Assembly (NCBI GenBank): GCA_963717505.1
Contig: OY970342.1
Location: forward strand, 3,712,001-3,776,000
Direction: 5' to 3'
Source of the DNA: Candidatus Eiseniibacteriota bacterium
Lineage (GTDB): Bacteria; Eisenbacteria; RBG-16-71-46
Length of the DNA stretch: 64,000 bases
Of this stretch, positions 9,683 to 19,133 are shown in pieces. The position numbers and the translations under genes are program-made. The notes beneath the pieces were generated by a model, which saw nothing but the letters and a program-made list of their open reading frames with translations, searched no databases and was not told the DNA's origin. Each line of letters starts with the position of its first letter. The first letter of the stretch is position 1.

Positions 9683-10222
9683 CTACATCCGCCGGATCAC
9701 CTGGTAGCGATGCGGGTCGTCGATGAACTGCGCCCGGGTCGAGTCGTTCTCGAAGAAGTAGGGACCGCCGACCCAGTAGACTTCGGGCGAGCGTGTCGAC
9801 GGGCGAAAGCGATTGCCGGTCACCGGATCCCGGACGATGCCGGTCCACAACGCCGGCGACTTGATGAACCGGTTCAGCGTGCGCAGGCTCGAGAAGCGAT
9901 ACACCTCGCCGTTGACGCGGAACTGGAGCTCGGGTTTGAGCGAGCCCAAATGACGTGGATCGACCGGGTCCCACAGCGCGCGCTGCAGGTGAAACAACGC
10001 CCAATCGGCGTCGACCACCGGCCCCAACGGGGCCGCGATCGGCACTCAGGTGAACTGGGACGAAGGCGGTCCGGCCAGGGCGTCGAGCGGATCGGCGCGC
10101 GGAATCGCCGGTGACGGAACGCCGGCGCCGGGACTGGATTCCGGGATCGCGGCTGCGTGCGCGACAGCGAGCGACCCGAGCGGGAACACGCACAACATCA
10201 AGATCGACGCGAACCAGCGCAT
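9683..10222 (-). CDS. Exported tandem YHS/TRASH-like domain protein with in-frame UGA at codon 59 (candidate selenoprotein)
   Basis: ATG 10222 lies 1 nt after the HTTM stop; signal peptide MRWFASILMLCVFPLGSLAVAHA; TGA at 10048-10046 is followed in frame by VPIAAP... and two DPV...Y-x-F...F...P units; hairpin follows the UGA. Confidence 0.7.
10012..10041 (-). promoter_or_regulatory. Candidate bacterial SECIS hairpin
   Basis: mRNA after UGA reads GUGC-CGAUCG-CGGCCCC-GUU-GGGGCCG-G-UGGUCG: 7-bp perfect upper stem, GUU loop starting 18 nt after UGA, one bulged G, 6-bp lower stem with two G-U pairs. Confidence 0.5.
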
Positions 10223-10223
10223 G

Positions 10224-11651
10224 TCAGTCGTCCATGATCGTGCCGCCCCGCGAATTCTCGGCACGATCCTGCAGAGAAACCGAGAGCGGAACGATCCACG
10301 TGTTGCCGCCTTCGGTCATGCGTGCAGCAGCGAGGTCGGCGCTCGAGTCGATCAGCGGCTGGAACCGCCGGCCGTTGAGCGAGGCCCACAGGTCGACGTA
10401 GATGCGGGGCCTCACGCCCCACTGCTTCTCGTATCGATCCGCCAGCCATTGGGCGTAGCGATGGACCAGGCGCGGGCGCGTGGTCATCTTGCGGAACTGG
10501 CGCCGGGTCAGGATCTCGCTGGGATCGTGCTCGATCCGCTGGCCGGTCTTGGGATTCTCGATGATGACGGAGCGCAGTTCGCCGTCCTTTTCGCGAAGCT
10601 TCATGTGCCAGCTCAGGATGTGGCCCTCTTCGGTCCAGCTGACGTTGCCGCCGTAGAGGAAGTGGCGCACCGGCATCAGGACCTGGATCACGAGCCAAAG
10701 GGTCATGCCGATCATCACGCCGGCGCCGAGTGGCGCGGTGGCCCGGGCGGGCGCTGGCACCGGCTTGGGTTTCGCATCGCGGGGCGTGGCGACGAACAAG
10801 CCGCGCAGGAACGCGAGCGCCCGGCGCGGCCAGTCGGGCGTCAGGAAGATGAAGGTCGAGCCCATCGCCAACCACGGGAAGATCCCGATCTCGAACAGAT
10901 TCAAGTTCATGAAGTGGAACATGAACGACCACAGGATCCCGAACAGCCGGGTCTTGCGGAACAATAGCAGGAAGCCGATCGACAGGTCGTAGAACAATCC
11001 GCCGTAGGACATGAGCATCGCGAACCAGGACTCGAGCATGAACGGGCCGATCAGCGGCATGGTCTCGGCTTCGGCCAGCCAGATCGCCAACGGCTGACCT
11101 TGCAGCCAGTCGGCATTGACCTTCGCGATACCGGCGTAGAAGTAGACGATGAACAGCTGGGCCCGCAGCACCAGGATCGTCCAGTAGGGAACGGTCGCGA
11201 CTTCCCCGGGCTTGAGGCGCCGCCGGCGCGGGCCGAGCGCCCACACCCGGTCGGCCGGCATCCAGATGAGGAGGAACGCGATCAGCGCGACCAGGTAGAA
11301 GTGATTGAGGTAATTCGATTCATCGATGGTGAAGATGTACAGGTGGGTCAGGAACAAAGTGACGATCGCGGCGCGATAGAACAGACCGAGGCACACGCAG
11401 ACCGCGGCAACCCCCATAACCGTGTAGAGGACGTACATGCCGGGCGGCGGGATCAGGCGGAGGAACTCGAATCCCGGGAGCGTGAACGTCATGATCGGGT
11501 CTTCGAAGTAGCGCTTGATCCAGCCGTGGTTGAAGTAGCGATAGACTTCGACCGCCATGCAGCCGCCGAACCACATGCGGAAGAACGCCAGCGAGGCGCC
11601 GTCCACCGGGGAGGCGATCTTTTCGCGGAAGCGGCGGAGCCAGTCGCTCAC
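10224..11651 (-). CDS. HTTM domain / vitamin K-dependent gamma-carboxylase-like membrane protein
   Basis: GTG 11651 overlaps the DCC1 stop (GTGA); DGASLAFFRMWFG, YLNHFYL, VYFYAGIAKVNADW, FHFMN..LFEIGIFPW and WTEEGH..SWHMKL motifs; multiple TM segments. Confidence 0.9.
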   Translation of the reverse strand: MSDWLRRFREKIASPVDGASLAFFRMWFGGCMAVEVYRYFNHGWIKRYFEDPIMTFTLPGFEFLRLIPPPGMYVLYTVMGVAAVCVCLGLFYRAAIVTLFLTHLYIFTIDESNYLNHFYLVALIAFLLIWMPADRVWALGPRRRRLKPGEVATVPYWTILVLRAQLFIVYFYAGIAKVNADWLQGQPLAIWLAEAETMPLIGPFMLESWFAMLMSYGGLFYDLSIGFLLLFRKTRLFGILWSFMFHFMNLNLFEIGIFPWLAMGSTFIFLTPDWPRRALAFLRGLFVATPRDAKPKPVPAPARATAPLGAGVMIGMTLWLVIQVLMPVRHFLYGGNVSWTEEGHILSWHMKLREKDGELRSVIIENPKTGQRIEHDPSEILTRRQFRKMTTRPRLVHRYAQWLADRYEKQWGVRPRIYVDLWASLNGRRFQPLIDSSADLAAARMTEGGNTWIVPLSVSLQDRAENSRGGTIMDD

Positions 11652-12094
11652 GTCAGGAAACGCTCGCGGTCGGCGGGAGTCGGCATGCGGCAGGACTTGC
11701 GCGTGCCGAACCACCGGTAGCGGTTGCGCGCGACGAAGGCATACACCGGATCGCGCACGAATCGTGGAATCGCCAGCAGCCACGAGGCCAGCCGCCAGGG
11801 TCCGCGCACGTGCCGCAGGGCGCGCAACACCGCGGTCGACCTCAGGTAGGCCCGACCACCCTCGACCAGGATCAATGACTCGAGCGGATCGCCGGCAATC
11901 GCGAACTGCCGGATCAGTCGGCCGCCGGCGTCCGATTGGAGTGCCGCGAACCGGAGCCGCCGCCCCGGATCACGGTCCATGAGGAAGTTCACCGTGCCGT
12001 CGCAGAAGTTGCAGACGCCGTCGAACAGGACGACCGGCGCGTCCACGGCAGCCGCCTGCGAATCCGGGGTCATGGAGGGGGAAAACGCGCTCAT
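11648..12094 (-). CDS. DCC1-like (DUF393/YuxK) thiol-disulfide oxidoreductase
   Basis: VVLFDGVCNFC (DxxCxxC), LRFAALQS, RDPVYAFVARNRYRWFG; true start 12094 (or 12073), not the 798-aa extension in the track. Confidence 0.92.
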   Translation of the reverse strand: MSAFSPSMTPDSQAAAVDAPVVLFDGVCNFCDGTVNFLMDRDPGRRLRFAALQSDAGGRLIRQFAIAGDPLESLILVEGGRAYLRSTAVLRALRHVRGPWRLASWLLAIPRFVRDPVYAFVARNRYRWFGTRKSCRMPTPADRERFLT

Positions 12095-12154
12095 GGCGGG
12101 CGCAATGATACCACGGCTTGTCCGGCGGCTGGTCCGGTGGTAGACAGCCCCACC

Positions 12155-13087
12155 ATGTTGCTCCGCGCCTTCTGCCTGACTGCCGGGCTCCTGATTGCGT
12201 GTCTTGACCCGGCCTTGTCCGCCGACCCGCCGTCGGGGACGCGGCCTGATAGCGCCGGTACGCGCGTGGTCCTGCTCGGGACCGGCACGCCCAATGCCGA
12301 CCCGGAGCGCTCGGGCCCCGCGGTCGCGGTAGTGGTCGGCGGCCGGGCCTACCTGGTCGATTCGGGTCCGGGCGTCGTCCGCCGGGCAGCCGCGGCGGCG
12401 AGTCGAGGCATCGCGGCACTCGATCCGGCGAAGCTCGACATCGTGTTCCTCACCCATCTGCACAGCGATCACACCGTCGGACTCCCCGATCTCGTGTTCA
12501 CGCCCTGGGTGCTCGAGCGCCGCGGGCCATTGCGTGTTTTCGGTCCGCCGGGGACACGCGCGATGACCGACCATGTGCTCGCCGCCTGGCGCGAGGACAT
12601 CCACATGCGCAACCAAGGGCTCGAGCCCGACAAGACCGAGGGCTGGCGGGTGGTGGCCCGCGAGGTTCGATCCGGAGTCGTCTACCGGGATTCGAACGTG
12701 GTCGTGCGCGCGATCGCGGTTCCCCACGCCAACTGGCGCCACGCGTTTGCCTATCGCTTCGACACTGCCGACCGCTCGATCGTCATCTCGGGCGATACGC
12801 GACCCAGCGACAGCCTGGTGGTCGCGTGCGACGGCTGCGACGTCCTGGTCCACGAGGTCTATTCCGCCGAGCGCTTCAAGACGCGCTCGCCCGAGTGGCA
12901 GCGCTACCACTCCGACGCTCACACCTCGACCACCGAGCTGGCCGAGGTCGCGCGCCGGGCGCGGCCGGGCTTGCTGGTGCTCTACCACCAGCTGATGTGG
13001 GGCGCGACCGACGAGGACCTGGTGCGCGAGGTCCGGGCGGGCTGGGATGGGCGCGTCGTTTCGGGCCGCGACCTCGACGTGCACTGA
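12155..13087 (+). CDS. Exported MBL-fold metallo-hydrolase (RNase Z/arylsulfatase-like)
   Basis: Signal peptide; LLGTGTP, THLHSDH metal-binding motif, ISGDT, DVLVHE, HT, LYH. Confidence 0.9.
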   Translation: MLLRAFCLTAGLLIACLDPALSADPPSGTRPDSAGTRVVLLGTGTPNADPERSGPAVAVVVGGRAYLVDSGPGVVRRAAAAASRGIAALDPAKLDIVFLTHLHSDHTVGLPDLVFTPWVLERRGPLRVFGPPGTRAMTDHVLAAWREDIHMRNQGLEPDKTEGWRVVAREVRSGVVYRDSNVVVRAIAVPHANWRHAFAYRFDTADRSIVISGDTRPSDSLVVACDGCDVLVHEVYSAERFKTRSPEWQRYHSDAHTSTTELAEVARRARPGLLVLYHQLMWGATDEDLVREVRAGWDGRVVSGRDLDVH

Positions 13088-13167
13088 CGTTCGCGTGCTC
13101 ATTTTGCTTGTCGTCCGCGTCCGGGGACGGCTACGCTGAATGCCCGGTTCACGGATTCGGAGACCCC

Positions 13168-15747
13168 TTGAACACACCACTCGCTCCCGCTCGAGTCCTG
13201 CTCGCCGTCGCCACCTTGAGCCTCGCCGTCGGACTCGCGAGCCAGAGCCGCCGCGACCGGTTGCCTGCACCACCCGTGCCTGACACCAAGGGCGAGATCG
13301 GCATGCGCGCGCCCGATCTTCATTTCTTCGCCCAGCGCGCATGGCCGCTCGGCCGTATTCCCCTCGATCAGTGGCGGCGGGCGCGGATCGATGCCGCCGA
13401 GCAACGCGCCGAGAACACGTTGGCGTCGGGATGGGATTTTCGCGGGCCGACCAACATCGGCGGGCGCATCGCCGACCTCGCGGTCGACCCGCTCGACCCG
13501 AATCGCGTCTTCGCCGCCTGCGCCGAAGGCGGCGTGCTGCGGACCACCGACGGCGGCGACACCTGGACGCCGGTGTTCGACGCGCAGTCGACGCTCGCGG
13601 TCGGCGCGGTGGCCATCGATCCGAGCCAGTCGAACGTGATCTATGCCGGCACCGGTGAGCCGAACCCGGGTGGCGGCAGCGTCGCGTACGGCGGTGACGG
13701 GATCTATCGCTCGATGGACGGCGGCGACACCTGGACGCACCTCGGGCTCGACGGCACCGGCGCCATCGGACGGATCCTGGTCGATACCTCGAATCCGCAG
13801 CGGATCTTCGTGGCTGCGGTCGGCGCACTGTGGGAGACCGGACCCGATCGCGGCGTCTATCGCTCGACCGACGGCGGCGCGTCGTGGACGCGCGTGCTGC
13901 ACACCGGCGTCGACGCCGGGGCCGTCGACTTGGTGCAACGTCCCGACCAGCCGAATGTGCTGTTCGCCGCGATCTGGCAGCGCCTGCGCCAACCCGAGGC
14001 CTTCGACTACGGCGGGCCGCAGTGCGCGGTGTACCGGAGCACAAACAGCGGCGACAGCTGGTCGATCGTCGGCGGCGGGTTGCCGGCGCCGCACGACACT
14101 CTGGGACGGATCGGAATCACGCTGTGCGCGAGCCAGCCCAACACGATGTATGCGGTGTACGCGCACCGCACCGGCCGGTTCGCCGGCGTCTTCCGCTCGA
14201 CCAACGGCGGCGCCAACTGGACGCGTCTCCCCGATCCCGGCTCGACGTCGACGTTCGGCTGGTGGTTCGGCAACATCCGCGTCGACCCCAACGATCCCAA
14301 CCGGGTCTTCATCCTCGAGCTGCCGCTGTTCCGCAGCACCAATGCCGGCGCGAGCTGGGCGCGGGTCGATGCCGGCGTCCACGTCGACCATCACGCGATG
14401 GCGTTCGTTCCCGGTCCGAATCCGACGGTGTACGAGGGCAACGACGGCGGCATCTATCGGTCCGACAACGACGGCGCGACCTGGCAGTTCGCCGGCGGCC
14501 AGCCGATCACCCAGTTCTACCGGCTCGCGCTCGACGCATCGAATCCGAGCGCGCTCTACGGCGGTGCCCAGGACAACAGCACGATGCGCACCCTGACCGG
14601 CGGGCTCGACGACTATGACGTGATCTTCGGCGGCGACGGCTTTCAGCCGCTGATCCACCCGCTGACTCCGAGTCGGATCTGGGCGCAGTTCCAGTACGGC
14701 TCGCTGTCGTATTCATCCGACGGCGGCGCCAGCTGGGTCACGGCGCTCACCGGGATTCCGGGCACCGATCGCAAGAACTGGAACTCGCCGATCGCGCAGG
14801 ATCCGGGGAACTCGGAAGTCCGCTACTTCGGTACGCAACGGCTGTGGCGGTCGACCTCGAACACCACGTGGGTCGCGGTGAGCGGCGATCTCACAGGCGG
14901 CGTTCACCTCGGCAACCAGGGTCAGGTCAATGGAACCCTGACGTCGATCGGCGTCTCCCCGATCGACGGCAATGTGTTGTGGACCGGCAGTGACGACGGG
15001 CTGGTTCAGGTGTCCACCAACGGCGGCGCCATCTGGACCAACGTCAGCGCCGGACTGCCCGGTCGATGGGTGACCTCGGTGGAACCCTCGCCGTTCTCCC
15101 CCGGTTGGGCGTACGTCACAGTCTCGGGCTTCCGCTGGGCCGAGACCCTGCCCCGCGTCTATCGCACTCGGGACTACGGCGTGACCTGGACCCCGATCGC
15201 CTCCAACTTGCCCGATGCCCCAGCCAACGATGTCGTCGCCGATCCCGAGACCGCCGGCCGGCTGTTCGTCGCCACCGACCTCGGCGTCCATCAGTCGTTC
15301 GACGACGGCGACTCGTGGACGCTGCCCGGCACCGGCATGCCGAGCGTGGTGGTCACCGACATGGTGCTGCAGACATCGACCCGGACGTTGGTCGCGGGCA
15401 CCTACGGGCGCTCGATCTACTCGATCTCGGTGCCGGTCACGGCGGCGGTCCCCGGCCCGACGCCCGCAATCGCCGGCCGGTTGCTGCCGCCGGCGCCCAA
15501 TCCCACGCGCGGCGGCGCGTGGCTCTCATGGGAGCTGGCTGCCCCTGCTCCGGTGTCGCTCGACATCGTCTCGGTCAACGGCCGTCGCGTGCGCTCGCTG
15601 ACCGCCGCGAGCGCGAGCGCTGCCGGGCGCACATGGTGGGATGCGCGTGACCAACACGGGCAGCGCGTTCCGGCTGGCGTCTACTACATACGAGCGCACG
15701 CGGGCGAGCGGCCGCTCGCAAGTGGCCGCGTGGTGGTCGCCCCGTAG
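13168..15747 (+). CDS. Secreted BNR/Asp-box (VPS10/sortilin-like) beta-propeller protein with FlgD-Ig/T9SS-like tail
   Basis: GGAG RBS and TTG at 13168; GPTNIGGRI; many RS.DGG.TW Asp-box repeats; HVDHHA, GAQDN, GGDGF; tail PNPT...WDARD..G.RVPAGVYY. Confidence 0.88.
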   Translation: MNTPLAPARVLLAVATLSLAVGLASQSRRDRLPAPPVPDTKGEIGMRAPDLHFFAQRAWPLGRIPLDQWRRARIDAAEQRAENTLASGWDFRGPTNIGGRIADLAVDPLDPNRVFAACAEGGVLRTTDGGDTWTPVFDAQSTLAVGAVAIDPSQSNVIYAGTGEPNPGGGSVAYGGDGIYRSMDGGDTWTHLGLDGTGAIGRILVDTSNPQRIFVAAVGALWETGPDRGVYRSTDGGASWTRVLHTGVDAGAVDLVQRPDQPNVLFAAIWQRLRQPEAFDYGGPQCAVYRSTNSGDSWSIVGGGLPAPHDTLGRIGITLCASQPNTMYAVYAHRTGRFAGVFRSTNGGANWTRLPDPGSTSTFGWWFGNIRVDPNDPNRVFILELPLFRSTNAGASWARVDAGVHVDHHAMAFVPGPNPTVYEGNDGGIYRSDNDGATWQFAGGQPITQFYRLALDASNPSALYGGAQDNSTMRTLTGGLDDYDVIFGGDGFQPLIHPLTPSRIWAQFQYGSLSYSSDGGASWVTALTGIPGTDRKNWNSPIAQDPGNSEVRYFGTQRLWRSTSNTTWVAVSGDLTGGVHLGNQGQVNGTLTSIGVSPIDGNVLWTGSDDGLVQVSTNGGAIWTNVSAGLPGRWVTSVEPSPFSPGWAYVTVSGFRWAETLPRVYRTRDYGVTWTPIASNLPDAPANDVVADPETAGRLFVATDLGVHQSFDDGDSWTLPGTGMPSVVVTDMVLQTSTRTLVAGTYGRSIYSISVPVTAAVPGPTPAIAGRLLPPAPNPTRGGAWLSWELAAPAPVSLDIVSVNGRRVRSLTAASASAAGRTWWDARDQHGQRVPAGVYYIRAHAGERPLASGRVVVAP

Positions 15748-15974
15748 CGCGACGTCCTCAGTAACCCGGCCCGGGATCTGGAATACGACGGACAGGATCG
15801 ACGATGCCCGGCGCGTCGAGCACGCCCGAGAAGCGATAGCGGACTCCGAGGCTCACGGCGGGCGGCGATCGAGTTCCGTCCATGGAGGAGAGCGAGGCCA
15901 ATCTAGCGCGCTCGACCGGTGCGACAAGGACGAGCCACTCGTCCGGGACCCCGGCGTCCGTTAGAGTCCTACCC

Positions 15975-17750
15975 ATGAAGAGTCGAGATCCGGGGCAGTC
16001 TCGAGTGCTTCTCGGGTCCGTCGTGGTCGTGATTGCGTGGGCCGTGGCGTCGGCCGTGGCGGCCGACCTTCCCGCCGATCTGGTTCTGATTCGCGGCAAC
16101 GTGGTGACCATGGATCCCGCGCGCCCGCACGCCGAAGCGATCGCGATCCGCGGCGATCGGATCGTGGCGGTCGGCGCGCGACACGAAATCGGCCAGTACA
16201 TCGGCCCGAAGACCCAGGTCGTGGATCTGGCCGGACAGCTCGCGATTCCGGGATTCATCGAGAGCCACGGCCATTTCATCAGTCTCGGGCGTCGCGTGCG
16301 CCAGGTGCGCGCCGAGCAGGCACGCACTTGGGACGATTTGGTCACCACAGTCGCCGAAGCCGCGCGGCAACGTCCCAAGGGTGAATGGATCCTCGGGCGC
16401 GGCTGGCACCAGGAAAAGTGGAGCCGTCCGCCCGACGTCACGGTCGAGGGCTTCCCGGTGCACGACGCGCTGAGCCGCGTGTCGCCGGATCATCCGGTGC
16501 TGCTGACCCACGCCAGCGGTCACGCGTCGATCGCGAACGCCAAGGCGCTCGAGCTGGCCGGCATCGACGACCAGACGCCGAACCCGACCGGCGGCGAGAT
16601 CCTGCGAGACTCCACCGGCCGCGCGACCGGCGTGCTGCGCGAGACCGCGAGCGGCCTGGTGCAGGAGGCTTACGCGACGTCGCAGGCGAAGCGCACCGAC
16701 GCCGAGCGAGTCGCGGACCTGCGTTTGGATATCGCGACCGCGGGCGCCGAGTGCCTGTCCAAAGGCATCACCAGCTTCCACGACGCCGGCTCGAATTTCG
16801 CGACGCTCGATGTTTTCCGCGCGATGGCCGACGAAGGCGCGCTGCCGGTTCGGCTGTGGGTCATGGCCCGCGACCGGAACGCGGCGCTGGCGCGGCACCT
16901 TTCGGAGTATCGCGAGATCGGCCGCGGCAAGGGCTTCCTCACGGTGCGGGCGATCAAGGTGGCGATGGACGGAGCGCTCGGCTCGCGCGGCGCCTGGCTG
17001 CTCGAACCCTATTCGGACTTGCCCGGACACACCGGCCTCAACACCACGCCGGTCGACTCGATTCGCGTCACCGCGCGGCTGGCGATCGAACACGACATGC
17101 AACTGTGTGTGCACGCGATCGGGGATCGCGCCAACCGCGTCACGCTCGATGTGTTCGAGGAAGCGTTCCGCCTGAAGGCGCCGGCGTTGGCCACGGCTTC
17201 GGCCGGCGGCGGGAGCAACGGTCGCCCGCTGCGCTGGCGTATCGAGCATGCCCAGCACCTGAACCCCGACGACGTTCCGCGTTTCGCGAAGAATGGCATC
17301 ATCGCCGCGATGCAAGGCATTCACTGCACGTCCGATGCGCCGTGGGTGCCGCCGCGGCTCGGCGAGCAGCGGGCGGCTTCGGGCGCCTACCTGTGGCGGA
17401 CCTTGATCGATGCCGGCGTGCTGATCGTCAACGGCACCGACGCGCCGGTGGAAGACGTGGATCCCCTGGCATCCTTCCATGCCTCGGTGACGCGCCTCAC
17501 GCCGACCGGGGACGTGTTCTACGGCGCGCAGCGCATGACCCGCGAGGAAGCACTCGCCTCCTACACGCGCAACGCCGCTTACGCCGCCTTCGAGGAGGAC
17601 GTGAAGGGCACATTGGCGCCGGGACGCCTGGCCGATGTCACCGTGCTCACTCGGGACATCCTCACCTGCCCCGACGAAGAGATCCTTTCCGCCCGGGTGG
17701 CGATGACCATCCTCGGGGGACGCATCGTCTTCACCGCCGCGGAGCCTTGA
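15975..17750 (+). CDS. Amidohydrolase family 3 (YtcJ-like), exported
   Basis: PGFIESHGH, MDGALGSRGA, HAIGDRAN, RIEHAQ, GTDAPVE, KGTLAPGRLAD motifs. Confidence 0.92.
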   Translation: MKSRDPGQSRVLLGSVVVVIAWAVASAVAADLPADLVLIRGNVVTMDPARPHAEAIAIRGDRIVAVGARHEIGQYIGPKTQVVDLAGQLAIPGFIESHGHFISLGRRVRQVRAEQARTWDDLVTTVAEAARQRPKGEWILGRGWHQEKWSRPPDVTVEGFPVHDALSRVSPDHPVLLTHASGHASIANAKALELAGIDDQTPNPTGGEILRDSTGRATGVLRETASGLVQEAYATSQAKRTDAERVADLRLDIATAGAECLSKGITSFHDAGSNFATLDVFRAMADEGALPVRLWVMARDRNAALARHLSEYREIGRGKGFLTVRAIKVAMDGALGSRGAWLLEPYSDLPGHTGLNTTPVDSIRVTARLAIEHDMQLCVHAIGDRANRVTLDVFEEAFRLKAPALATASAGGGSNGRPLRWRIEHAQHLNPDDVPRFAKNGIIAAMQGIHCTSDAPWVPPRLGEQRAASGAYLWRTLIDAGVLIVNGTDAPVEDVDPLASFHASVTRLTPTGDVFYGAQRMTREEALASYTRNAAYAAFEEDVKGTLAPGRLADVTVLTRDILTCPDEEILSARVAMTILGGRIVFTAAEP

Positions 17751-19059
17751 GGCGCGACAACATCACGGCGATTCGCTTCGCGTTCATCGGCAGCGTTCGC
17801 AGATCCGCGACTTCACGCACGGTGTGGCCGCCGTCGCCCATGAGTCCGATGCCGTCGATCGCGCCCTCCACCCGCCCGGCAGTGAACGAGACGTCGGCGG
17901 CCCCGGCGCGCGACGGATCGACCGCGGCCACCGGGCCGAATCCGAGGTCGCGGCTGGCGCGATCGAACTCGTCCAAGAGTCGCTGATTGCCGGGAATCGG
18001 CGCCAGCGGCGGATAGCCGTCGTCGAACTCGAGCTCGGCGCCGGTGCCCGGAAGGTGGCGCGCGACGATCCTGCGCATGGCGGCCTTCGCCTGTTCGCGC
18101 TGCTCCAGCGACAACGCGCGCAGATCGCCAGCGACCACGGTGCTCTCGGCGACCACGTTGGTCTTGCCAAATGCGGTGCCGCGCCCCTCTTCCGCGCTGT
18201 AGCCGATCGTCGTTCCGCCGACGACCACGCCGGGATTGAAGGTCAGGTAGCGCTCGACCGAGAGCGAGTCGTGAATCGCGGCAAGGAATCGAGCGGCTTC
18301 GAACACGCTGCCGCTGCCGACGCCCTCGCGGAAGATCTGCGACGAGTGGGCGGCCCGGCCGCCCGTGCGCAGCGTCCAGCTCGAGGAGCCACGGCGAGCG
18401 ATGACCGCGGTCTTGGGATCGCCGGCCCCGTCCTCGAAACCAATGGCCAGGTCGGCGTGATCGGCGGCGGCGATCAGGTCGCGTCGCGCCAGATCGAGCG
18501 GACGGCCGGATTTCTCCTCGTCGCCGGTCAGAACCGCGGTGACGTCGAGGCGATCGAGCCGGCCCGCCTCGGCCAGCGCGCGGAGCGCCAGCAGCATGAC
18601 GACGTTGCCGCCCTTCATGTCGATGACGCCGGGCCCGGCGGCGGTCGAGTCGTCGAGTCGCTGGAAACGCTGGAACGGGCTGTCGGCCTCGAACACGGTG
18701 TCGAGGTGCCCGATCAACAGCACCCGGAGATCCGCCGAGCGCCCGCGACGCTCGGCGACCAGATGCCCGGCGCGCTCGAACGGCGCGCCGTCGACCCAAC
18801 GCGTCGTGAAACCGAGGCGTTCGAATTCCGCTCGGAACATGCGGCCGACCTCGGCGACGCCGGCGAAGTTCATGGTGCCGCTGTTGACGTCGACCACCCG
18901 TTCGAGAAAGACCAGCGACTCGGGCACGCCGCGATCCACCGCGGCCGAGATCTTCCGCTCGGTGGCGGTCAACGGCTCGGCCCGGGCCCGGGAAGAAGTG
19001 AAGCCTGTCATCAGGGTGATCGCAGCGAGCGCGAGCGAAACCCCATCGTGGCGTGGCAT
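17731..19059 (-). CDS. M20/M25/M40 metallopeptidase (glutamate carboxypeptidase-like), exported
   Basis: Signal peptide; IGHLDTVF, GPGVIDMKGG, GDEE, GRAAHSS, GGHT motifs. Confidence 0.92.
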   Translation of the reverse strand: MPRHDGVSLALAAITLMTGFTSSRARAEPLTATERKISAAVDRGVPESLVFLERVVDVNSGTMNFAGVAEVGRMFRAEFERLGFTTRWVDGAPFERAGHLVAERRGRSADLRVLLIGHLDTVFEADSPFQRFQRLDDSTAAGPGVIDMKGGNVVMLLALRALAEAGRLDRLDVTAVLTGDEEKSGRPLDLARRDLIAAADHADLAIGFEDGAGDPKTAVIARRGSSSWTLRTGGRAAHSSQIFREGVGSGSVFEAARFLAAIHDSLSVERYLTFNPGVVVGGTTIGYSAEEGRGTAFGKTNVVAESTVVAGDLRALSLEQREQAKAAMRRIVARHLPGTGAELEFDDGYPPLAPIPGNQRLLDEFDRASRDLGFGPVAAVDPSRAGAADVSFTAGRVEGAIDGIGLMGDGGHTVREVADLRTLPMNAKRIAVMLSRLKAPRR

Positions 19060-19133
19060 GCGGCGATCCTAGCGCACGTGCCACGCGTTCGCCCGACCAT
19101 CCGGCCGCCGGCGGGTTCGGGCGACGCTTCGCG

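Noticed and set aside
11648-14044. 798-aa DCC1 fusion protein as listed in the ORF track
   Set aside because: Only the last ~148 aa are DCC1-like; the remainder is antisense to two real plus-strand genes.
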